From IMG/VR virus record IMGVR_UViG_3300027749_000047, positions 32,001 through 96,000 of that record: 64,000 nucleotides of DNA; one strand, written 5' to 3'. This DNA comes from a virus. The notes under the pieces were generated by a model, which had not been told where the DNA came from, did no database searches, and was given only the letters and a program-made list of their open reading frames with translations. The stretch's first letter is position 1. Every line of letters starts with the position of its first letter. Below, piece by piece: positions 1-8,265 of the stretch. Both the position numbers and the translations under genes were made by a program.

Positions 1-173
1 GCATGTCCAGTGCATGTTGCTGTTACTGTTCCGCTTGATACTGAAAGAGTTGCTGATTTTGCAAAAGAAGCTCGCACTGGCATAGCCGAACCCGTACTGT
101 CTGCCCATAGTAATTGACACGCAAAGTCTTCACCTGCGTCCAAATCTATTTCAACATAATCGCGGTTGGCCAT
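1..173 (-). CDS. Partial (5' part) minor structural protein, apparent paralog of the 48489..48836 tail/baseplate protein
   Basis: Not in the ORF track. ATG at 173-171 overlaps the TAA of the upstream ORF (TAATG coupling). Reads MANRDYVEIDLDAGEDFACQLLWADSTGSAMPVRASFAKSATLSVSSGTVTATCTGH and runs off the window. N-terminus resembles MANAHPYPIKIDQGGTWTLSLTY. Confidence 0.6.
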   Translation of the reverse strand, partial: MANRDYVEIDLDAGEDFACQLLWADSTGSAMPVRASFAKSATLSVSSGTVTATCTGH

Positions 174-673
174 TAGTATTCTCCTTGATCAATCATTGTT
201 GGTAATTCTGCTACACGCCGAAGTGCAGCAACATACTCTTCAGATGTACCTGCAACAACAATAGTGTTATTAGTTATTGTACTAGTAGGCATGTTATCTA
301 AGCCTAAGACTTTGGCTCTTGCTTGAATAATTTTTAACGCTGTTTCTACGGCTTGCCTATCTCCAGAGATGGCATCTTGCCATACTGCGCTCTGTAATTC
401 GTCTAAACGGTCTACTTCCATAGCCAAAAGTGAGCGTTTGTGGCCCGCATCTACTAAATCTGCGGCTTCTTTTAAGGTATCTGCAATTAGCGTATTTGCT
501 TTGCGTTCAGATATACCTAAATATTCAGCAATTGACCATAGTGAGCGTCCTGATCTGCGCATCTCTAAAGCTTTGCGAGCCATTTCGTTGCGTTCATCTT
601 GAATTATTGCCATGGTATTAACTTTTTTGGCTTTAGCAACGGCTTTAGTTGGTGATGCTTTTTTTACAGTCAT
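173..673 (-). CDS. HTH DNA-binding protein, probable terminase small subunit
   Basis: HTH (RRSGRSLWSIAEYLGIS) followed by EVDRLDELQSAVWQDAISGD..AVETALKIIQARAKVLGLD, a pattern typical of actinophage TerS-like proteins. Confidence 0.6.
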   Translation of the reverse strand: MTVKKASPTKAVAKAKKVNTMAIIQDERNEMARKALEMRRSGRSLWSIAEYLGISERKANTLIADTLKEAADLVDAGHKRSLLAMEVDRLDELQSAVWQDAISGDRQAVETALKIIQARAKVLGLDNMPTSTITNNTIVVAGTSEEYVAALRRVAELPTMIDQGEY

Positions 674-1101
674 TTCTTTCTTCTCCTAGGCGCTACAAAT
701 GTTTTATCATCATAATCATCCATGGCTTTCTTTACATCATTTTTATTTTTAGCCAAAGCCGCTCTGCGTTCAAATGCCGTAAAGCCGCCCCAAACACCAT
801 AAGGTTCATTTGTTTTTAAAGCAGTAATTAAACAATCACGTTGCACTTCACATAATTTGCAAATAGATTTAGCATAATTTATTTGCTGTGATGACATTGG
901 TAAATCGGAGTGACCGTAAAAAATTTCTGATGGCATACCAAAACAGTATGCGTCATCCTGCCAATACTTTTTGGCCGTATAGCGCCAGGCAGGTGGAATC
1001 GATGACGTCTTGTGGTTTTTTGCATTTTTGGCAACATTCGTAGTATCTGGGATGCTTTGAGGCAAGCCATCTTTCAACGGCTTGTTTGTCCGCGTTTCCA
1101 T
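670..1101 (-). CDS. whiB: WhiB family Fe-S transcription factor
   Basis: Four Cys (AYC, ICKLC, RDC) plus the YGVWGG turn and a basic C-terminus. Start codon uncertain. Confidence 0.92.
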   Translation of the reverse strand: METRTNKPLKDGLPQSIPDTTNVAKNAKNHKTSSIPPAWRYTAKKYWQDDAYCFGMPSEIFYGHSDLPMSSQQINYAKSICKLCEVQRDCLITALKTNEPYGVWGGFTAFERRAALAKNKNDVKKAMDDYDDKTFVAPRRRKK

Positions 1102-1423
1102 ACCCTAATACCGCCTTTTTCCATGATGATGGTCCAATAAATGTTACTTCTGAGTCTACCTGTTGTGACGCCAAAGCCAAAGCCCCGGCTACCATACCAA
1201 GAGATATGCCTGTTCTAACATTACGACTAACGCCCTGAATAGGCTGTTCAATAACTACCAGTTCAGGGCGCGTCGCCGTAATTTTGGTTTTTAACCATTC
1301 AGACATGGTTACTAAGTTTTTGATGTCATCTTTACTGGTCAAAATAAGTTCATCAAAAACCATGTGATTAGGGTGTGCAAACGCAATACGTCTGACGCCA
1401 TAATCAACACCTGCTGAATTCAT
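953..1423 (-). CDS. RuvC-like Holliday junction resolvase
   Basis: GVDYG, VVIEQP, WKKAVLGYGNADK and DVIDS acidic RNase H-fold motifs. Confidence 0.85.
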   Translation of the reverse strand: MNSAGVDYGVRRIAFAHPNHMVFDELILTSKDDIKNLVTMSEWLKTKITATRPELVVIEQPIQGVSRNVRTGISLGMVAGALALASQQVDSEVTFIGPSSWKKAVLGYGNADKQAVERWLASKHPRYYECCQKCKKPQDVIDSTCLALYGQKVLAG

Positions 1424-1506
1424 ATACCATTTCTACCAGTTTTGCTTGTTAATGTACAGAACGACACCAAGCAAGCCACCGATTAGCAGTAAAAATACCA
1501 CTTCTC

Positions 1507-1716
1507 TCATCCTCTTTTTTCTCCTTCAATTGGTGGACCCCATGAATCCCATGGGTTTTGTCGCCAAGCAATGCGACAAATTTTGTTATCAAAAACATTG
1601 ATAAGAAGCTGACCACCTAAATTTATAGGCACATAGTATTGGTCGTCTAAATTAACTACAAAAGTAGACATTGCATCGTCAATTGGATCAGTCATCTTTA
1701 TCCTTAATTTCTTCAA
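1507..1716 (-). CDS. Hypothetical protein
   Basis: Small ORF packed in the leftward operon. Confidence 0.5.
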   Translation of the reverse strand: MKKLRIKMTDPIDDAMSTFVVNLDDQYYVPINLGGQLLINVFDNKICRIAWRQNPWDSWGPPIEGEKRG

Positions 1717-1888
1717 TTTGTGTCAAGGCGTCACGGTATCCCATTACCAAAATATTGGCAAGTTTAAGACCGTTTAATGTACCTTCAAAAAAAGTACCTG
1801 TGTATGGTCCAGATTCATCAATATAACTGCTAATTTCTTGAGCAATTTTTTGCCTGAATTCTTCTTCAGTCATCGTCAGATTCGTCAT
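1688..1888 (-). CDS. Hypothetical protein
   Basis: Small ORF packed in the operon, overlapping its neighbours. Confidence 0.55.
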   Translation of the reverse strand: MTNLTMTEEEFRQKIAQEISSYIDESGPYTGTFFEGTLNGLKLANILVMGYRDALTQIEEIKDKDD

Positions 1889-2105
1889 TAATAGCCTCCT
1901 CTATGGCTTCTGCACGGCATTCCCAGCAATTATTTGGGTATGCTCTACCTTTAGGATGATGGCGCCAACAACTGGCATTCATTTCATCATCATCAACAGT
2001 AATTTCTAACATGTGTGGTACCTCATTATCAACAACCAAACTTAACTTGTTTGGTCTATTAGCATAGGTTGTCATTTGTTTTCCTTCCATTGAGCAGTTG
2101 GGCAA
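1866..2105 (-). CDS. Hypothetical protein with possible Zn site (CWRHH..CWEC)
   Basis: Small ORF; probable start at MTTYAN. Confidence 0.55.
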   Translation of the reverse strand: MPNCSMEGKQMTTYANRPNKLSLVVDNEVPHMLEITVDDDEMNASCWRHHPKGRAYPNNCWECRAEAIEEAINDESDDD

Positions 2106-2842
2106 GATTCTCTAAAATCGCAATAATTGTAAGAAGAACCTGTTTTAGCAATACATGTTTCTAGCATTTCTGGTAACTCTTGCATTGCGATATGACCATG
2201 TAAAGATTCCATGAGCATTTCTAAGTTGTCATCTACTTCTTGCATTCGAGCTACGCGAAATTCTTTCCAAATTGCATGGTCACGATTTTCATACACGATT
2301 GAAAAATGACTAAGATCAAGTGCTTTCATGTAAGCATGTGTTTGCATAAGGTGTGGGAACAGTGGTGCGTTACGTTTTAGAATGTCGCGCCATTTATTAC
2401 TATTGACTGTTTTTAATTCCCAACCAGAACCATCACTAATGATTCCGTCCATTGCACCTTTTACAAGCCATGGTGAGTATTCAACTTGAACCTCAATGTC
2501 TGCTAGCCAGCCTTGCGAAAGCCCAGCTAACTGCCATCGATAATGGCCCCAAGTTCCCGCATTCATAACATCAAAACTGCCGTCAGATGGTGTTAATTTA
2601 TTTTCACCCAAATAAGACAATAAATGCTTTCGTTGGCAAGAATCACCAATTAGCGATGGGCGTATACGACCAGCACCACTTGTACGTGAGTTATCAAAAG
2701 AGTCATTATGCATGACTTCCTGTAGTCGGTCAAAGGCTTCTATAGTGATAACAGATCCGCCTTCTCGCCATTTACTCATACCAAACGTAACTGGCATATC
2801 ATTGTTTCCCATTACGCTTTTTAACAGATTAACCATACTCAT
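2072..2842 (-). CDS. Cas4-like PD-(D/E)xK exonuclease with Fe-S cysteines
   Basis: RPSLIGDSCQRK, GAMDG, WELKT, QTHAYM and C-terminal C..YCDFRESC. ATG at 2842 overlaps the DnaE stop (ATGA). Confidence 0.8.
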   Translation of the reverse strand: MSMVNLLKSVMGNNDMPVTFGMSKWREGGSVITIEAFDRLQEVMHNDSFDNSRTSGAGRIRPSLIGDSCQRKHLLSYLGENKLTPSDGSFDVMNAGTWGHYRWQLAGLSQGWLADIEVQVEYSPWLVKGAMDGIISDGSGWELKTVNSNKWRDILKRNAPLFPHLMQTHAYMKALDLSHFSIVYENRDHAIWKEFRVARMQEVDDNLEMLMESLHGHIAMQELPEMLETCIAKTGSSYNYCDFRESCPTAQWKENK

Positions 2843-5481
2843 GATTGCTCTCTTTCTAAGCCGATTAAAGCACCGGCATCGTGTAGTGCTGCGACGATAC
2901 CGCCGCATGCGGATGGTGTGTGTCCAAGTCCAAGCGATTTAGCGCCTGTAACTCTTCTTCCACTTACTTTTCGTGCAAAGTCATCAAGTGAAGTGTATGG
3001 TGCGTGTCTGACAATTTCATCAGCCGCTTTATCCCCTAAACCTTTAATTGAGGTTAACCCTTTACGAATTGCGTTCTTACTTATGTCAGCCGAATAACTT
3101 TCTTTTGACCTATTTACATGTGCTGTGCGTATTTGAACGCCCGCCTCTCTTGCAGCTTTTAGATAAAACGGTTCTTGTTTTGCGCCTGTGTAGGAATGTA
3201 GCATTCCAGCCCAAAACGCTGCTGGGTGATGTACTGCATAGTAACCTGTTATGTATGCAAGCACACCGTATGCTGTGGCGTGGGCTTTGTTAAACCCATA
3301 ACCAGCGTATGCTTCTAATGCTTCTTCTAACCATTTAAGGTCATGAATTGTCATTCCTTTTGCTAACGCTAGTTCGCGCACTCGCTTTAATAGTTCAGTT
3401 AGTTCATCGCGAGCGTTACCAACATCTGCGTTAGATGCCTTGATTACTTTGCGCATACGCTCAATTTCTTCTGAATCTAAACCAATGTTGCGCATAACAC
3501 CAATCACTTGCTCTTGGTATAACAAAACCCCATAAGTTTCTTTTGTTTCATCAGAAATAATTGCGTGCCGTTCTGGTACTGGTGATACGCGTTGGCGCCG
3601 AAGAATAAAATCCTCGGTGGCACCAGATTCCATTGTGGCTGGACGAAATAATGCCATAGCAGCAATAACGTCTGCTATTTTTGTTGGCTTTAATCGACGT
3701 ACACCATTGCGACTTGAACCACCTTCTAACTGAAATAGCCCAACCGTATTACCTTTAGACATGGCGCTGTAAACGGCTTTATCGTTTAAAGGTATGTCTT
3801 CTGGCTCTACACCTGAATATTCACGCATAATACGTAATGCTGTTAATGTTTTAAGGCCAAGCAAATCAAGTTTGACTAGCCCTAAACGTTCAACATCATC
3901 TTTATCAAAAGCAGTAACCATAGTTTTGCTCGATGCTACATACTGCAGTGGTACTACTGATGCGGCTTCAGCGCTAGGTGCTACAAGCAAACCTGCTGCG
4001 TGTACGCCATAGCCAAGGAATGCTTTTTTGTTTGCTAATCCTTTTAGGCTATTCCACTGATATGTAGTTAAAGGCAAGTCGGGGTCTTCGCCTAGTTTTC
4101 TGGCACGCATTTTCCAACGAACCATTAAGCTACCTTTCTGATCATTCTCATCATCATCTAAGCCCATTTGTAGCCAAGTGCTGATGTTAACGACGTGAAA
4201 GTTTTCACGCAACCAATTAACTACTTCATCGCGACGGTCATGCTCAACATCAATATCAATGTCTGGTGGTTTTGTGCGGTCTTTGGATAAAAATCGGTCA
4301 AAACGCAAACCCCAAATAATTGGATCAAATGAAGTAATACCTAATAACCAACAAAGCAAAGATCCAGAAGCCGAACCACGAACATTATAATTAATTTTAT
4401 GCTCGTCCATGTATTTACAAACTGAAGCCGTAAACATAAGATAGCCTGAAAAACCAGCGCTAGTAATAACATCTAATTCTTCATAAATACGTTCAAGATA
4501 TGCTTTCTTTTTATTTGGCTTTATCTTTCCTGCATCAATTTTTTCATCAAGCACTTTAAGGCTTATTTCGGCTAATTCTTTTTCTGGATTACCCGATACG
4601 GTTGTGTCTGGTACTTTGAGTTTGAATGTATCTAGTTCAGGAATAACTACATTTGCTTTTGACAACAAATCTTCAAGGCCTTGCATACCAGCACTAAAAA
4701 TTGCTGGCGCATGGTGCTCTTTCATCCATTGTGTATCAACCATGTGGTAACCGTCACCTGGGAACAAAGCATCTTCTGGTTCTTCCGACCAAGATACCAA
4801 CTCTTTCATAGTGTCATGTAGTTCACGGTCGCTTTCTTCAACATAATGCGAATCCTGTGTAATAATTACTGGTAGTCCATGCTTTTGAGCAATGCGCCAT
4901 TGTAAGTTAGAGTGCAAGTCGCTGTCTTGTCCTTCAAGATAAATAGCATGGTTTTGTATTTCTACATAAAGCCCAGAACCAAACCATCCAGCCATGCTGA
5001 GTAATAAATTATTTGTAATTTGGTCAACGTTAGCGTTTGGAGTTTTTAGTGTTTCCGATAACACACCAAACCAGCACCCTGTCATTGCCGCAATACCATC
5101 TAATCTGCCATCCTCAGCGGCTTGCGCTAAATCAGCAAAATCTAATATTGGTTTGTATTTAAATTGCTGATGTGATTGCGTGACTAGTCCGGATAAATTA
5201 CGGTAACCTTTTTCGGTAGTTGCTAACATACCTAAATGCATTGTGCTTGGTCGTTTGTGTTCACGGTTAAATGCAATGTATGCTTCAACGCCAGGTAATG
5301 GCTTTATGTCTGCTTTTTTACATGCCGTATAAAGTTGGGCTGAGCCGGCCATTGTTCCGTGATCTGTTAAACCAAGTGCTGGATACTCTAACATTTTTGC
5401 TTTATTAACAATTGCATCAACGGTAGGTAAAGCATCTTTAGCTGAATAGCGACTGTGGGTGTGGGCACTCCAGTATTTCAT
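2839..5481 (-). CDS. dnaE: DNA polymerase III alpha subunit (family C) with PHP domain
   Basis: PHP motifs HTHSRYS, TDHG and QDSH; polymerase motifs RGSASGSL, PDIDID, KLDLLGL, GLFQLE, YQEQV and FNKAHA. Confidence 0.97.
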   Translation of the reverse strand: MKYWSAHTHSRYSAKDALPTVDAIVNKAKMLEYPALGLTDHGTMAGSAQLYTACKKADIKPLPGVEAYIAFNREHKRPSTMHLGMLATTEKGYRNLSGLVTQSHQQFKYKPILDFADLAQAAEDGRLDGIAAMTGCWFGVLSETLKTPNANVDQITNNLLLSMAGWFGSGLYVEIQNHAIYLEGQDSDLHSNLQWRIAQKHGLPVIITQDSHYVEESDRELHDTMKELVSWSEEPEDALFPGDGYHMVDTQWMKEHHAPAIFSAGMQGLEDLLSKANVVIPELDTFKLKVPDTTVSGNPEKELAEISLKVLDEKIDAGKIKPNKKKAYLERIYEELDVITSAGFSGYLMFTASVCKYMDEHKINYNVRGSASGSLLCWLLGITSFDPIIWGLRFDRFLSKDRTKPPDIDIDVEHDRRDEVVNWLRENFHVVNISTWLQMGLDDDENDQKGSLMVRWKMRARKLGEDPDLPLTTYQWNSLKGLANKKAFLGYGVHAAGLLVAPSAEAASVVPLQYVASSKTMVTAFDKDDVERLGLVKLDLLGLKTLTALRIMREYSGVEPEDIPLNDKAVYSAMSKGNTVGLFQLEGGSSRNGVRRLKPTKIADVIAAMALFRPATMESGATEDFILRRQRVSPVPERHAIISDETKETYGVLLYQEQVIGVMRNIGLDSEEIERMRKVIKASNADVGNARDELTELLKRVRELALAKGMTIHDLKWLEEALEAYAGYGFNKAHATAYGVLAYITGYYAVHHPAAFWAGMLHSYTGAKQEPFYLKAAREAGVQIRTAHVNRSKESYSADISKNAIRKGLTSIKGLGDKAADEIVRHAPYTSLDDFARKVSGRRVTGAKSLGLGHTPSACGGIVAALHDAGALIGLEREQS

Positions 5482-5505
5482 ATGTTTTTCCTTTTTTAAA
5501 CGCAA

Positions 5506-5536
5506 AAGGAGCTGCCCAAATGGACAGCCCCTTTTA
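5506..5536 (-). terminator. Intrinsic terminator after the SSB gene
   Basis: Minus-strand RNA GGGGCUGUCCA/UGGGCAGCUCC stem with G.U pairs, followed by UUUU. Confidence 0.7.
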
Positions 5537-5544
5537 CTTAGTGT

Positions 5545-6447
5545 TTAGACGTTATGTGCAATTGCAAGTGCAATTAGTGCAGAACGTGTTGAACGTGGTG
5601 GAATAGACACCTTAGCGCTAGTCAAAAGTGTCTTTAAGCGAATGTCTGAAATAGCAGCATACTTGTCTTCTTCTGTAGGCTCTGCTTCAACCACTGCTTC
5701 TTCGTAAGCATCAACAACATCATGCTCTTCTTCAGTAGTTACCACTTCTACATGTGTGTCGGAAAGACTACGCACATAGTCTTCAACTTCACTACGAATA
5801 GAAGCAAACACTTCAACCAAATCATATGGCTCTGGTAGTTCAGCCGGCGCCTCGTTCTTGATTGGCTTAACGGTTAGTGTTGTGTTAAGGCCTTCACCAC
5901 GAACGGTTAACGCCCATGGGTACTGTGTGCATGAGAAGTTTTCGTCCATCTCACGATAATTGTTAAACGCACGGAATAGGTCTTTTGCTCGCGCTGAACT
6001 CATCTTTAGGATGATGTGCCGACCTTCTTCCGTAAGAACGTTAACTGCAACTTTGTCTTGTCCTTTAACACGACCGTCTGCTGGCGGGAATCGCAACGAT
6101 GGAACGACTAGTTCCAACAATGGATCAGTACCACGTGGTGCATACTGGCGACGCTTTTCACCAGTGTCAGGGTCTTCCACAATGATTTGGTCATTGACTG
6201 GAAATTCTTTACAACCGCCAGGTAACTGGAAGCCACCTCGAAGTCCTTCAAATGCCGCAACTTCACGGTAGATGTGCCAACCGTGGTCAACGCTCATGGT
6301 TTCTTTATCTGTCAAGAAACGAACGATTGTGGTACCGCGCTCTAGACGGTAGATAGGACGGAAAGTGCTATTGTCCTTTTGTGGCTGTGAGTATCCATCG
6401 ATACCGGCCAGTAACAGGTCTTCGTCGATATTGTAATCAATCGGCAT
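5545..6447 (-). CDS. Probable single-stranded DNA-binding protein (gp32-like) with C-terminal HeH/LEM-like helix pair
   Basis: IVRFL motif, acidic linker and location in the replication operon. C-terminus IRLKTLLTSAKVSIPPRSTRSALIALA. Confidence 0.6.
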   Translation of the reverse strand: MPIDYNIDEDLLLAGIDGYSQPQKDNSTFRPIYRLERGTTIVRFLTDKETMSVDHGWHIYREVAAFEGLRGGFQLPGGCKEFPVNDQIIVEDPDTGEKRRQYAPRGTDPLLELVVPSLRFPPADGRVKGQDKVAVNVLTEEGRHIILKMSSARAKDLFRAFNNYREMDENFSCTQYPWALTVRGEGLNTTLTVKPIKNEAPAELPEPYDLVEVFASIRSEVEDYVRSLSDTHVEVVTTEEEHDVVDAYEEAVVEAEPTEEDKYAAISDIRLKTLLTSAKVSIPPRSTRSALIALAIAHNV

Positions 6448-6449
6448 AA

Positions 6450-6761
6450 CTAACTGATCTCCTTTGTTTTCTTTGCTTGTAACGCGGCTTCTCGCTTGGC
6501 GTCAATGATGGTTGCCAAATTTTCGGCAGTTTGGAAAGCAGTGCCAAGCGCAATTGCTTGCGCTCGTTCACTAGCTTCGTCGGATGTTTCTTCAGGCAAT
6601 ACAGCAATATTTGCTTCTGCAGTTGCCCATTGTGTTTGCCCATTTACCAAAAAGGTATGGGTAACTTTTACTGTGATTTTGTCGCCATCGCTTATCGGGA
6701 TGGGTGTGTAGACGTCATCATCGTCATACTCGTTACTCATCGGTGCTTTCCTCCGTGTCAA
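6450..6761 (-). CDS. Hypothetical protein
   Basis: Operon-packed ORF; probable start at MSNEYD. Confidence 0.65.
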   Translation of the reverse strand: MTRRKAPMSNEYDDDDVYTPIPISDGDKITVKVTHTFLVNGQTQWATAEANIAVLPEETSDEASERAQAIALGTAFQTAENLATIIDAKREAALQAKKTKEIS

Positions 6762-7146
6762 TGATTTCGCTGATTGATAGCCATGGCTTACGTGGCTTAA
6801 TTGCGATTATCTTATTTGCTAAGTCAGCTTCTAAACCGCCATTAGTTACTATACGGTTAAATGCTGTTTTGTCCAAAACTGGCTTAGTTACTTTTGAATA
6901 CAATTCTGGTGCTTCTGCTTTTAGCACCGCTAGGTCAACATCAAAAGTTTCACTACGCATTACTTTGGCTTTGAAGTGACGGTTATCAACCTCAAAATCT
7001 ATTTTTTCAAACAAGTCTGCTAGTTGAACTTGAATAAATTCAATCTCATGTTCAATTTCTACTTTCCTTGCTTTTAACTGTAAAAGCCTATAAAGGTCTT
7101 TTGTAAGATCTTCATCTGCTTTTTCTATTGTGTCTTGTTCAGACAT
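6733..7146 (-). CDS. Hypothetical coiled-coil protein (possibly Gam/Gp157-like)
   Basis: N-terminal coiled coil followed by a short beta region; family not securely recognised. Confidence 0.55.
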   Translation of the reverse strand: MSEQDTIEKADEDLTKDLYRLLQLKARKVEIEHEIEFIQVQLADLFEKIDFEVDNRHFKAKVMRSETFDVDLAVLKAEAPELYSKVTKPVLDKTAFNRIVTNGGLEADLANKIIAIKPRKPWLSISEIIDTEESTDE

Positions 7147-7168
7147 TTTTTCCTCTTTTCAGTGTATT

Positions 7169-7426
7169 TTAATTTTTATCAACATAAGGCAAAATTTTAA
7201 CTGCCTCGTCACGACGGTGTAGCCATTCTAATTCATGACATGGTGCCATTTCATAATTATATGGATCAAGAATCCCGCCGTTGCATTTTGGACAATAAGT
7301 CATAGCGCTGTGGTCTTGGATTTGCATTACGTGACGATGAGTCACTCCCAATACCCAAAAGTATCTTAATGCGGTATTTACGGGGCTTAGCTGCAAATGC
7401 AGCCATTCTTTAATGTTGTTAAACAT
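7169..7426 (-). CDS. Hypothetical protein with CPKC zinc-ribbon-like motif
   Basis: ORF with RBS in the operon. Confidence 0.55.
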   Translation of the reverse strand: MFNNIKEWLHLQLSPVNTALRYFWVLGVTHRHVMQIQDHSAMTYCPKCNGGILDPYNYEMAPCHELEWLHRRDEAVKILPYVDKN

Positions 7427-7434
7427 TTCTCTCC

Positions 7435-8259
7435 TTAACTGTGTTTTTTGTATGTACTGTTTTGTAATAGGTTACGAATGCTTGTGATTCGTTCACCTAC
7501 TTTTACTTCGCCAGGATCATTGCCACCCACTGTAGTCCAATGGTGTGACAAAACTGGTGAAATGTCATTTAACTGGTATTTTGCTCTTTGTGACGCACCC
7601 CAACCAGCATTATCATCATCAAAAGCAGTAATAACTACCTTTGGTGATAAATCTGCAATCATTTGCACTTGTGGTGCATGTAACCCCGAACCAAAGCAAC
7701 CTAAAACTGTCCAATGCTCTGGTATACCTGACTGATCTAAGGCCATAACGTCAGCAGCACCTTCAACCAAAACAATTACTCGTGATGGTTTGTATTCACC
7801 ATAAAAAGTTGCTGATGTTCTTACACCGTATGGGTATTTGTATTTGGCTTTTTCATCTTCATGCCTTGTAACTACACCAATAAGTTGATTGTTTTGATTT
7901 CTTATTGGATAAGTTGGTGAACCATCAACATAACTAGTTCCACATCGATGTTTAGTTGCTGTTTCAACACCAAACCTTTTTACCCAGTAGGGGCTAGGGC
8001 TATGTGCATCAAATATGTCAAGCCAGGCTTCTGAGTAAATGCGTGCTGGTACATCACCAGCAAGTACGCGAATAATGTCTTCAACAGTTGGTACATAACC
8101 TTCTGTTGTTCCATTAGCTTTACATGCGTGACAATACCAAACACCTTTACCTACGTTAACTGATGCTGAAGCGTTACCGTCATCGTGTACAGGGCAACAA
8201 AACGACCGCTCTAATCCTCTTCCTGTCGTTAAAGCCTCGTCTAACGTTATTCTTTTCAT
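7435..8259 (-). CDS. DNA primase (CHC2 zinc finger plus TOPRIM)
   Basis: CCPVHDD..SASVN..WYCHAC zinc finger; VLVEGAADV and AFDDDNAG TOPRIM motifs. Confidence 0.92.
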   Translation of the reverse strand: MKRITLDEALTTGRGLERSFCCPVHDDGNASASVNVGKGVWYCHACKANGTTEGYVPTVEDIIRVLAGDVPARIYSEAWLDIFDAHSPSPYWVKRFGVETATKHRCGTSYVDGSPTYPIRNQNNQLIGVVTRHEDEKAKYKYPYGVRTSATFYGEYKPSRVIVLVEGAADVMALDQSGIPEHWTVLGCFGSGLHAPQVQMIADLSPKVVITAFDDDNAGWGASQRAKYQLNDISPVLSHHWTTVGGNDPGEVKVGERITSIRNLLQNSTYKKHS

Positions 8260-8265
8260 GTTTTC

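Noticed and set aside
2072-2842. Cas4-like nuclease as evidence of a CRISPR system
   Set aside because: No repeat-spacer array or other cas genes seen. Stand-alone Cas4-like exonucleases are common in phage replication modules.
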